Source: Candidatus Poribacteria bacterium (GTDB lineage: Bacteria; Poribacteria; WGA-4E; WGA-3G). From it: a stretch of DNA of 64,000 nucleotides. Under the pieces are notes generated by a model that did no database searches, had not been told where the DNA came from, and saw only the letters and a program-made list of their open reading frames with translations. A program made the translations under genes and the position numbers. Positions 31,620-40,752 of the stretch are shown one piece after another; position 1 is the first letter of the stretch, and the number at the start of each line of letters is the position of its first letter. The stretch lies in the NCBI GenBank assembly GCA_965198235.1, contig OZ240248.1, positions 1,504,001-1,568,000 on the forward strand, in the 5' to 3' direction.

Positions 31620-32140
31620 TCAGTTGTTGACTTTCAGTAGGACATAGGTTGGGTTGAGCGTCTGTGAAACCTATAGGTGTCAATTTGAGAAAGGACTTCA
31701 TCGTAGGTTGGGTTGAACGGGTATTATTGACACCCTAATAAGTCAGAGAAAATGATTTTTCATCCATACCCATTCCATCGCGGAGATACGGAGTGAAACC
31801 CAACACTCAAAACACGTCCATTTGCTCCGTAGGAGCGGCATGTCTATAGTTACCACGATAGGTGTGAGGCTATGTTTCTCCGTTTGTAGTAGGGCGATTC
31901 ATCGCCCGTTGCGAGGCACAAACGCGCAATGAATTGCGCTACTACAAACAAAATTATGTCTCATCCTCATTTATGGTGAATTATAGAAATAACTCTCACT
32001 GCGAGGCAATTTCAAGAGGAGCGAAAACTCAACACCCCGCTGGCGAGGTTTCCTAACCTCGCCTTACACTGTCTACGTAATTGTATATTTCACCATAGTT
32101 GATTTTCAGTTGTCAGAGGGAGGGAATTTGAATAAACAGA
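31620..32140. repeat. Intergenic pile-up of several REP-like palindromes between convergent genes
   Basis: TAGGTTGGGTTGA x2, AACCCAAC, GTAGTAGGGCGATTCATCGCCC, GCGCAATGAATTGCGCTACTAC (also at 63472), GGCGAGGTTTCCTAACCTCGCC (also at 10023). Confidence 0.75.
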
Positions 32141-32149
32141 AACTCTCTT

Positions 32150-33622
32150 CTACTGATTGCTGACTGCTATATACGCCTGCAAGTGCTTTAACGCGCTTCC
32201 ATCGTTCATCACCAATTGTGCGCGGACGAGCGCATCTTTAGGTTCTGGACAAATCCCTAACAGGTAATCTACCATCGCTGTATTTAGGAGAATCCTGTCG
32301 TAGATATGCCCTTTTTCACCGGATAGTGCCGCCACGCCAACTTCCGCAAATGCCGCTGCACTTACAACCTCTGGACGTGGGCTTCTCATATAGTCAAATC
32401 CATAAATCTCCGGATCTATATCCAACGCGAAATCTTCACGGGCACCCTTTACACGACGGAAGCCTTGAGAATAGTTGATTGCCATCCTATCGCTCGTAGA
32501 AGGCTTCCCGAGTCGGAGCGCGTAATGGCTTGTTCCTTCCTCTCCTTTCACAGCAACCGCGGCATTAAACCCGCGCTCCCATGCCAATTGCAGAAGCGGT
32601 TTCTCATAACCGATATGATAATAACCAAGCACCATGTAGTTTGCCTCTCGTGCTGAAAAAAACTGTTGTGCTTTTTCAGTCGCTGCCCAAGGCGGGCGTT
32701 TCTTGATATGCACCCGCAGTTCGCGCAGGTCATAGGCAGCCGGACAATACTCGCGCTGGCTGATATACCCGAAACCCACCGATTCGTCTGTAATCAGTGA
32801 AGCCGTCTGTGCAAGCGATAGTTGCGTGTTCGCGCCGAGTGCCTTCAGGATAGTTTCCTCTGTTACACCATTTTTCGGGGGCATTGCATCTACACTGTGG
32901 AGGAGTGATGTTTCACCGAGAGCAGCACGTACTGCAGCAACGAATAGGGTCGGACGGAAATAGCGTGTTGCGCCGTCGTAGGGTTGCCCAAAATGCGTTA
33001 ACGTTGCAACATTGATCGGTTGGACCTCTTCCGGTCCGAAAAACGCGTCAAGATAACCTCGCACCTCCTGATAAGTTTCACGATTCATTCTTTGTCCAAT
33101 AAGCGCAGCACCTTTGAAAGCAAGTTTCACATCGTCGCTAAGGATGGCTTTACACATCTCACGAGTTTCGGTATAGCCTAAATGTTTTGCCCGTAGAATC
33201 TTTTCTAACGTGTTCACGACAATTGCTTCTGTCGGATTCGCCGGTACGTAGCCACGCTCAGGGTTCATGAGGTATTGAATTTCCGGTGGCAGCTGTTCTG
33301 TCAGTGCTGAATTGTATTTACGGAACGCTGCTTGCTCTGCGGGACTCCACTGTGTCGCTTTTGGGAAATAGGCGCGGAGCGTCATCGCCGCAAAGAACGC
33401 ACCCATCTGCGCGTCTGAAGCTGCCTCCGATTTCGGGAGTTCGCCCCGTAGGGATTTCAGGAGCGTTTGAAGGAGTGGCTCCGGTTGAGGGAAATCTGAA
33501 GGGTTTATGCCTAATGGGCGTGTCTGATGCGGTCCCGTGCAGACTCGCGCTTGTGCCTCAAGCAGATCGTCGTTCGGGCCTGGGTATACCGGTGTATATG
33601 CGTGAGAATCAAAATCCGCCAT
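32150..33622 (-). CDS. Anthranilate phosphoribosyltransferase-like (TrpD2/YbiB-like) protein
   Basis: AQMGAFF, HFGQPYDG, MPPKNGVT, LR..IKKRP..ATEK, VKGEEG. Canonical TrpD GTGGD is absent. Confidence 0.7.
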   Translation of the reverse strand: MADFDSHAYTPVYPGPNDDLLEAQARVCTGPHQTRPLGINPSDFPQPEPLLQTLLKSLRGELPKSEAASDAQMGAFFAAMTLRAYFPKATQWSPAEQAAFRKYNSALTEQLPPEIQYLMNPERGYVPANPTEAIVVNTLEKILRAKHLGYTETREMCKAILSDDVKLAFKGAALIGQRMNRETYQEVRGYLDAFFGPEEVQPINVATLTHFGQPYDGATRYFRPTLFVAAVRAALGETSLLHSVDAMPPKNGVTEETILKALGANTQLSLAQTASLITDESVGFGYISQREYCPAAYDLRELRVHIKKRPPWAATEKAQQFFSAREANYMVLGYYHIGYEKPLLQLAWERGFNAAVAVKGEEGTSHYALRLGKPSTSDRMAINYSQGFRRVKGAREDFALDIDPEIYGFDYMRSPRPEVVSAAAFAEVGVAALSGEKGHIYDRILLNTAMVDYLLGICPEPKDALVRAQLVMNDGSALKHLQAYIAVSNQ

Positions 33623-33711
33623 TTTACAATATCTCCGAAGTCCAGTTGTTGACCGAAGTCTCCGTGTCTCGGTCTAATGTCCTATGTTATAAACCAGAGC
33701 AATTCCCTCTT

Positions 33712-33792
33712 ATTATACTGCATTTTGGCGTTTAAAACAAATTTTGCGGATGCGTCAAAAAACTTGACGAGGCTTGGAAGAGAAGATATAAT
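33712..33792. promoter_or_regulatory. Back-to-back sigma70 promoters (TrpD-like gene and hen1-pnkp)
   Basis: Plus strand: TTGACG-17-TATAAT (33764-33792). Minus strand: TTGTTT-17-TATAAT (33740-33712). Confidence 0.7.
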
Positions 33793-33976
33793 GTAATGTA
33801 TGCAGACTTAATGGACTGATTTTGTATCGTCCAATGCTTGCACCGCCGAGGTATACTCGGGGAAACGCAAACTGGAGGGCATTGGGCAATTGAATTTTTC
33901 AATTGATGGAGCCTTCAAGTTATCGTAGGGTAGCGTAATATTTTTTTCGATTTGCTGTATTTCTTGGCACATTACT

Positions 33977-35392
33977 ATGCTATTGACAATATCAACTACA
34001 TATTCTCCTGCGACAGACCTCGGTTATCTGTTGCATAAACATCCAGCGCGAATTCAATCCTTTACGCTTACCTTTGGTCAGGCGCATGTCTTTTATCCGG
34101 AAGCACGTCCCGAAAAATGCACAGTAGCACTGCTTCTCGACGTTGATTCGGTTGGGCTTATCCGCCGTCCTCACGGGCAATTTGCAGAAAATTTCGCACT
34201 GGCACAATACGTCAGTGATCGCCCTTACGTCGCTTCATCGTTTTTGAGTGTAGCAATATCGAGAGTGTTTAGCAGCGCGTTGTCCGGTAAATGCAAAGAG
34301 CGCCCAGAACTCGTGAAGACTGAGATTCCTCTAAGCGCGAGGTTATCCATTCTGCCGTGTCGCGGCGGAGAGAAATTGTTGCGACGGCTTTTCGAGCCGC
34401 TCGGTTATGCAGTCAGAGCAGAACGACACGCGCTAAACACACGATTCCCGGATTGGGGCGAAAGTCGTTATTTCACGGTAACACTCGAAAAGACCTCTTC
34501 CTTGAGTGAACTCCTCACGCACCTTTACGTTTTGATTCCTGTGCTTGACGATGAGAAGCACTACTGGGTTGGCGACGCAGAGATCGAAAAACTGTTAAAG
34601 CATGGTAATAACTGGCTCGCCACTCATCCAGAACAAGAATCTATCGTCCGTCGTTACTTGAAACACCAACAGAAACTCACTCATGAGGCACTCGCCCAAT
34701 TGCGCGAAGAGGATGTTCAAGAGACCGACGAGATAATTCAAGCACAAGAAGAACAGGTTGAAGAACGTATCGGTCTGAACGAAACCCGTTTGGCTACGGT
34801 CACTGAAGTCCTTAAAGAGTGTGGCGCGAAACGCGTTCTTGATTTGGGGTGTGGTGAGGGAAAACTTCTCCGTAAGTTGTTGGCTGAAAAACAGTTTGAA
34901 GAGATCGTCGGAATGGACGTTTCACACCGCATACTAAAAATCGCGCAAGAACGGCTTCATTACGACCGGTTGCCCGAGAAGCAGAAAGAACGGCTTCGCT
35001 TGTTCCAAGGGTCTCTGGGCTACCGAGATGAACGTCTGGCTGGATACGATGCAGCTGCGGTTATAGAGGTGATCGAACACTTAGATTTGCCGCGACTTGC
35101 GGCTTTTGAGCGGGTGATCTTTGAGTTTGCTTGTCCCCGGACTGTTGTGTTAACAACACCGAACATAGAATACAACGTCCAATTTGAGAACCTGCAGGCT
35201 GGAAACTTTCGGCACAAAGACCACCGTTTCGAGTGGACACGGAATGAGTTTCAGTCTTGGGCAGTAGGTATTTCTAAACGCTTCGGTTACGCCGTTGTAT
35301 TTCACCCAATTGGACCAGAAGTTGAAGGCGTTGGTCCACCGACGCAAATGGCGGTCTTTACCCGAGAAGATTGTCAAGAGGTGATGATGTGA
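33977..35392 (+). CDS. hen1: 3'-terminal RNA ribose 2'-O-methyltransferase Hen1
   Basis: MLLTISTT...DLGYLLHKHP, QYVSDRPYVASS, PVLDDEKHYW, DLGCGEG, EVIEH, TTPN.EYN, FRH.DHRFEW. Confidence 0.95.
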   Translation: MLLTISTTYSPATDLGYLLHKHPARIQSFTLTFGQAHVFYPEARPEKCTVALLLDVDSVGLIRRPHGQFAENFALAQYVSDRPYVASSFLSVAISRVFSSALSGKCKERPELVKTEIPLSARLSILPCRGGEKLLRRLFEPLGYAVRAERHALNTRFPDWGESRYFTVTLEKTSSLSELLTHLYVLIPVLDDEKHYWVGDAEIEKLLKHGNNWLATHPEQESIVRRYLKHQQKLTHEALAQLREEDVQETDEIIQAQEEQVEERIGLNETRLATVTEVLKECGAKRVLDLGCGEGKLLRKLLAEKQFEEIVGMDVSHRILKIAQERLHYDRLPEKQKERLRLFQGSLGYRDERLAGYDAAAVIEVIEHLDLPRLAAFERVIFEFACPRTVVLTTPNIEYNVQFENLQAGNFRHKDHRFEWTRNEFQSWAVGISKRFGYAVVFHPIGPEVEGVGPPTQMAVFTREDCQEVMM

Positions 35393-38067
35393 AAACGTGC
35401 GAAGATGGGCAAAAGAAAACCGATCAAATTCCCAAAACCAGTCGCGACTTAACCAGAAACCTGACCGAAACGAAGTGGAGGGAAGAGCAGAAGCCCATAA
35501 TTAAAAAAGTGAAAATTCCTGAACCTTCACTTGTACTCCTCATTGGACCCTCAGGTTCCGGCAAATCTACCTTTGCTCGTAAGCATTTCAAGCCGACTGA
35601 GATTCTTTCGTCGGATTTCTGCCGAGGACTTGTTTCGGACGATGAAACCGACCAGACTGCAACAAACGATGCATTTGAAGTGCTGCGTTTCATCACCTCA
35701 AAACGGCTCGCTGCTGGGAAATTAACAGTCATTGATGCAACAAACGTCCAGCCAGAAGCGCGAAAACCTTTACTGGCACTCGCACGCGAATACCACTACT
35801 TAACAGTTGCCGTTGTGTTTAACATGTCTACAAAAATTTGTCAGGAAAGAAACGAGGCACGTCCCGACCGTAATTTAAAACCGCATGTCATTCGCCAGCA
35901 GAGCCAGCAACTTCGTCGATCACTGCGTAATCTCAAACGCGAGGGTTTTCAGCGCTTCGTCTATGTAATGTCCACGCCCGAAACTGTTGAAGCCATCCGT
36001 GTGGAACGACAGCCATTGTGGACGAACCGCACGGACGAGCAGGGACCGTTTGACATCATTGGTGATGTTCACGGCTGTTTTGATGAACTTGTTGAATTGC
36101 TCAAAGAACTCCGTTATGAAATCTCAACGCAACCAAACGGTGAAACTGTTGTTGAACCACCACAAAACAGGAAAGCAATTTTCGTCGGGGATTTTGTTGA
36201 CCGGGGTCCAAAGGTTGCCGAAGTGTTACGCTTGATTATGCGGATGCAAAAGACTGGCGCGGCTATCTGTGTGCCCGGGAATCATGACGTAAAACTCGTT
36301 CGTGCCCTACGCGGCAAAAATGTAAAGCCGACGCATGGACTGGCGGAATCGCTCTCTCAATTGGAGAAAACATCAACCCAATTTAAGACGCAAGTCGCAG
36401 AATTCCTGGATGGTTTGGTGAGCCACTACGTACTTGACAACGGAAAGCTGGTCGTCGCACATGCTGGAATGAAGGCAGAATTACAAGGCAGAGCATCGGG
36501 GCGCGTCCGAGAATTCGCACTCTATGGCGAAACGACTGGAGAAATCGATGAGTTTGGTTTGCCGATTCGGAGCAATTGGGCTGACGAGTATCGTGGTGAT
36601 GCGATGGTCGTCTATGGACACACGCCAGTTGTTGAACCGCAATGGGTAAACCGAACAATCAACATTGATACCGGATGTGTTTTTGGCGGTAAACTGACTG
36701 CGTTGCGATACCCTGAAAAAGAACTCGTGTCTGTCCGCGCACATCAGACCTATTATGAACCGACTAAGCCTCTTCTTGATGAAGTAGACAAACTACCTTC
36801 TGTCAAAACGCAGCCGTCCGGTGATATCCTAAACGTCAATGATGTGTTAGGAAAGCGCGTTATCAGCACCCGGTTACATCACAACGTAACAATCCGTGAA
36901 GAGAATGCAATAACCGCGCTTGAGGTGATGAGTCGTTTTGCTATAGACCCAAAATGGCTTATATACCTTCCACCGACAATGTCCCCAACCGAGACGACAA
37001 ACAGACTTGGTTTGCTTGAACATCCAACGGAGGCGTTCACTTATTATCGCAGACAGGGCGTATCCAACGTCATCTGGGAAGAAAAACACATGGGATCACG
37101 CGCTGTCGTTGTTGTTTGCCGAGATCCAGAAACCGCAAAAAAGCGGTTCGGTGTTACGGACAACACCCTTGGTGTCTGTTACACACGGACTGGCAGACGT
37201 TTCTTTGGCGATACTGCTATTGAAACCGAGCTGTTGAGACAGGTGAAAACTGCAGTAGACAGAGTCGGTTATTGGGAGACTCTCAATACAGATTGGATAT
37301 GTTTTGACTGTGAGCTAATGCCTTGGTCGGTTAAGGCTCAGCAGTTGTTACAGCAACAATATGCACCCGTGGGGGCATCGGCTCGTGTCGCTTTGCGAGA
37401 AGCGGTTGCATCCTTGGAAACCGCTGCTGAACGAGGTATTGAAGTAAATTCTATATTGAATGACTATCGTCAACGCACAGAAGCAGTGGACGAATACATC
37501 AACGCTTATCAGCAATACTGCTGGCAGGTCCAATCTATCGCGGACCTGAAACTGGCTCCGTTTCACCTACTCGCTACGGAAGGTACCGTGTACTTCAACA
37601 AAGACCATCTGTGGCACATGGAAATGCTTACGAAACTTTGTCAAAGTTCTCAGGACAACCTGTTGCTCGCAACTTCCTACGGGGTAGTTGATTTGACCGA
37701 TGACACAAACCAAGCTGAAGCAATCTGTCGATGGGAAGAACTCACTGAGCAAGGCGGTGAAGGCATAGTCATCAAGCCTCTGGATTTTATCGTTCAAGGC
37801 AAGCGAGGATTGATCCAGCCCGCTATAAAGTGTCGGGGTCGCGAATACCTGCGGATAATCTATGGACCTGAATATACATTGCCTCAAAACTTAGAACGCC
37901 TGCGTTCCCGTGGACTCTCTCACAAACGTTCCCTTGCACTTCGAGAGTTTGCATTGGGTGTTGAGGCACTTGAGCGTTTTGTACGTCGTGAACCGTTGTC
38001 TCGTGTTCACGAATGCACTTTTGGAATTCTGGCACTCGAAAGTGAGGCGGTTGATCCAAGGCTCTGA
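35389..38067 (+). CDS. pnkp: Polynucleotide kinase-phosphatase-ligase Pnkp
   Basis: Kinase GPSGSGKST; phosphoesterase DVHG/GDFVDRG/GNHD; ligase EEKHMGSRA, EGIVIKP, KCRGREYLR. GTG 35389 overlaps the hen1 stop (alternative start GTG 35509). Confidence 0.95.
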   Translation: MKTCEDGQKKTDQIPKTSRDLTRNLTETKWREEQKPIIKKVKIPEPSLVLLIGPSGSGKSTFARKHFKPTEILSSDFCRGLVSDDETDQTATNDAFEVLRFITSKRLAAGKLTVIDATNVQPEARKPLLALAREYHYLTVAVVFNMSTKICQERNEARPDRNLKPHVIRQQSQQLRRSLRNLKREGFQRFVYVMSTPETVEAIRVERQPLWTNRTDEQGPFDIIGDVHGCFDELVELLKELRYEISTQPNGETVVEPPQNRKAIFVGDFVDRGPKVAEVLRLIMRMQKTGAAICVPGNHDVKLVRALRGKNVKPTHGLAESLSQLEKTSTQFKTQVAEFLDGLVSHYVLDNGKLVVAHAGMKAELQGRASGRVREFALYGETTGEIDEFGLPIRSNWADEYRGDAMVVYGHTPVVEPQWVNRTINIDTGCVFGGKLTALRYPEKELVSVRAHQTYYEPTKPLLDEVDKLPSVKTQPSGDILNVNDVLGKRVISTRLHHNVTIREENAITALEVMSRFAIDPKWLIYLPPTMSPTETTNRLGLLEHPTEAFTYYRRQGVSNVIWEEKHMGSRAVVVVCRDPETAKKRFGVTDNTLGVCYTRTGRRFFGDTAIETELLRQVKTAVDRVGYWETLNTDWICFDCELMPWSVKAQQLLQQQYAPVGASARVALREAVASLETAAERGIEVNSILNDYRQRTEAVDEYINAYQQYCWQVQSIADLKLAPFHLLATEGTVYFNKDHLWHMEMLTKLCQSSQDNLLLATSYGVVDLTDDTNQAEAICRWEELTEQGGEGIVIKPLDFIVQGKRGLIQPAIKCRGREYLRIIYGPEYTLPQNLERLRSRGLSHKRSLALREFALGVEALERFVRREPLSRVHECTFGILALESEAVDPRL

Positions 38068-38430
38068 ACGTTCCCTTCCCGCTGATGAGGTGTTTTTGCT
38101 GGGGTGTTTCCCTTAGAGACCTCGCCCTCTGATGGCTACACATAATCCAATTAACCGAAAACCGGGGTCCCCACCCGTTACTGGGGAGGGGGTTTTTGCT
38201 TGGGGGTTTCTTTGATGGAACGAAGTGGAACGATTTAACCATCAACTCGACTCCGTTATAAATGTTAAAGCACGAGTTGATGGTTAACAGATTTAATAGT
38301 TAAAAAACCTTCGCATCCAAATTTTTTGATGAAAATCTCCGTAAACTGCAACAAATCCTACGAAATAGCGTTTTTTATACAACCAAGATCAAGCGATTAG
38401 GATGATAGATTGGAACCGCACATACGAGAA

Positions 38431-39345
38431 ATGAAAATTCAACACTTAAGATATTGCCTCCTGATTTTCTATCTTAGCTTAGCGGTAGGTGTAGGCTGTA
38501 CGACACAAGAAACCCCTAACCCCGTAGCTCCTGAAGATAACACCGAGGTTGTTCTTAAAGACCATCGACTCACTGAGAATGAAACGTGGGATCCCGAAAA
38601 GACGTATATTGTACATGGTACATTGGAGATTCCAAAAGATATAATCCTCAACGTCCCACCCGGCACGACTGTTAAATTTGGACAAGATGCCCTTCTCACA
38701 GTGAGAGGCATTCTAAAGATCGGAACACCTTTACATCAAGACCAAGTGACTCGACTCGTGCATCTCACATCGGACAATGTCGGACCCACACCCGGCGATT
38801 GGAATGGTATCCTCTTCGATCACACGCACGATTTAGAGAGTTTTGTCAGAGGGGCGGTTATAGAGCATGCCACAGTCGCTCTCGACATTAAAACGACATC
38901 GCCAACTGTTGCAGAATCTACCCTTCGTCAAAATAAAACTGCTATCGCTTTAGACGGGAGCGACGCTCGCATTCAACACAACGACATTCTTGACAATCAT
39001 ATCGGGATCAACACTATTGGACGCCAGACACGTCCAAAAATTGAGAGAAACAATATCACCAAAAACGAGACCGGTATCTTCTGTGAAAATGTCCAGTCTA
39101 TTATTCAAAACAACAATCTCAACGCGAATATCTTCGCACTCCGTTTGAATGTAAAATTTGACTTGGTGGTAACCAACAATTGGTGGGGAAATTCAGATAC
39201 TACTGAGATAGCGAATGTAATTGTAGATGCCGCTGATCCCGTCCTGAATACCAAACAGATAGGCACAGTCTATTATGAACCGTTCGCGAATACTCGGATC
39301 GCCGATGCAGGCTTTCCATATCCAGCACTTCTCACCGATCTATAG
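38431..39345 (+). CDS. Lipoprotein with right-handed beta-helix (NosD/pectin-lyase-like)
   Basis: Lipobox GVGC, L...PGT.VKF, PGDWNGI, repeated N.I..N..GI, NNWWG. Confidence 0.8.
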   Translation: MKIQHLRYCLLIFYLSLAVGVGCTTQETPNPVAPEDNTEVVLKDHRLTENETWDPEKTYIVHGTLEIPKDIILNVPPGTTVKFGQDALLTVRGILKIGTPLHQDQVTRLVHLTSDNVGPTPGDWNGILFDHTHDLESFVRGAVIEHATVALDIKTTSPTVAESTLRQNKTAIALDGSDARIQHNDILDNHIGINTIGRQTRPKIERNNITKNETGIFCENVQSIIQNNNLNANIFALRLNVKFDLVVTNNWWGNSDTTEIANVIVDAADPVLNTKQIGTVYYEPFANTRIADAGFPYPALLTDL

Positions 39346-39363
39346 CGGGAGTATTTCTAAAAA

Positions 39364-40701
39364 ATGAAAAACGAGCCGATCCCCAGTCACAGTCGCGACT
39401 TAACCAGAAACCTGCAAGTTAACCATCCACTCGACTCCGATACAAGACAGCAAAGCACGAGTGGATGGTTAAAACGGACGCAGCAGCCCAGAAGCGATCA
39501 ATTAAAAATTCTGAATGTCTCACAAAATCACTATGTCCGCGGCGGTTCTGATCGGTACTTTTTTACCCTCGCCGAGTTGTTGCAAAAACACGGACATGGA
39601 GTCATTCCGTTTACAGCGGCAGACCCTAATAATGAACCGTCTGAATGGGAACACTATTTCCCACGCAGTGCCGACTTCGAGCATCCCGGAGCAGGAGACT
39701 TATTGCGCTTTTTATATTCACACGATGCTGTTAAATCAATCCAACGGTTATTGAAAGACACAGACATCGACCTCGCGCATTTCCATATCTACTACGGTAA
39801 ACTCACTGCTTCAATCTTGGAAGTACTGAAAAAAGATGGAATTCCGCTCATCCAGACATTACACGAGTACAAGTTGACCTGCCCGGTTTATAGCCATCTC
39901 TCAAACGATGAGATTTGTGAGGCGTGTGAAGGTAAACACTTTTGGCGCGCGCTCCCGAAACGGTGCAACAGAGGTTCACTCGCACGTACCGCGTTGAGCG
40001 TTACGGAGTCTTATATATCACGCATGCTCGGGGCTGTTAAGAAATTCGACCATTTCATTTCTGTCTCTCATTTCCTTCGGAAAAAGATGATCTCGCACGG
40101 CATCCCGGAAGATAAAATCTCAACCGTTCATAACTTTGTTGATGTTTCTGACATCACACCGAGTTTCGACATGGGAGATTATGTCCTCTATTTTGGACGA
40201 GTGCATCAGAGCAAAGGGATTTTGACGTTGATGGAGGCAGCAGCACCGCTCAAACAAGTCCCGCTCTATATCGTCGGTGATGGTGAAGCGATGCCCGAAG
40301 TTCAACGGATAATCGAAGAAAACGAATGTGATCATATTCGCCTCCTCGGCTTTAAACAGGGTGATGAACTCCGAGAACTGATTCTGAATAGCATCTGTAC
40401 GGTCTTGCCGTCGGAGTGGTATGAAAACTGTCCGATGTCGATTTTAGAATCCTATGCTTACGGTAAACCGGTCATCGGTGCGGATATAGGTGGGATTCCA
40501 GAACTCATCGTAGACGGCGTTGATGGATTTCTCGTTCCGTCAGGCGGACAAGAGGCACTTCGAGAGCGTCTCCTATGGATTTCTGAACATAGGAACGAGG
40601 CTATAGAGATGGGGCGCATTGGTCGCCAGAAGATGGAAACAGAGTTTAATGCCGACATTCATTATGAAAGGATTATGAATGTCTATCAACAATTTTTGTA
40701 G
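39364..40701 (+). CDS. GT4 glycosyltransferase (repeat-derived N-terminal insert)
   Basis: YVRGGSDRY, TLHEYKL.CP, YFGR...KG, PSEWYENCPMSILE, GGIPE. Confidence 0.9.
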   Translation: MKNEPIPSHSRDLTRNLQVNHPLDSDTRQQSTSGWLKRTQQPRSDQLKILNVSQNHYVRGGSDRYFFTLAELLQKHGHGVIPFTAADPNNEPSEWEHYFPRSADFEHPGAGDLLRFLYSHDAVKSIQRLLKDTDIDLAHFHIYYGKLTASILEVLKKDGIPLIQTLHEYKLTCPVYSHLSNDEICEACEGKHFWRALPKRCNRGSLARTALSVTESYISRMLGAVKKFDHFISVSHFLRKKMISHGIPEDKISTVHNFVDVSDITPSFDMGDYVLYFGRVHQSKGILTLMEAAAPLKQVPLYIVGDGEAMPEVQRIIEENECDHIRLLGFKQGDELRELILNSICTVLPSEWYENCPMSILESYAYGKPVIGADIGGIPELIVDGVDGFLVPSGGQEALRERLLWISEHRNEAIEMGRIGRQKMETEFNADIHYERIMNVYQQFL

Positions 40702-40752
40702 TATTGAGATCCAAGAATCTCGGTTGTGTGCCGCAATTTTGAAGGAAAAGAA

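Noticed and set aside
32150-33622. Gene symbol trpD
   Set aside because: The PRPP-binding GTGGD and KHGN motifs are missing and no trp genes are nearby.
33810-33870. Hammerhead ribozyme or canonical c-di-GMP-I riboswitch call for the hen1 leader
   Set aside because: CTGATTT does not match the CUGANGA core, and the GGCAAA and GNRA tetraloop features are absent. Kept only as an unassigned structured leader.
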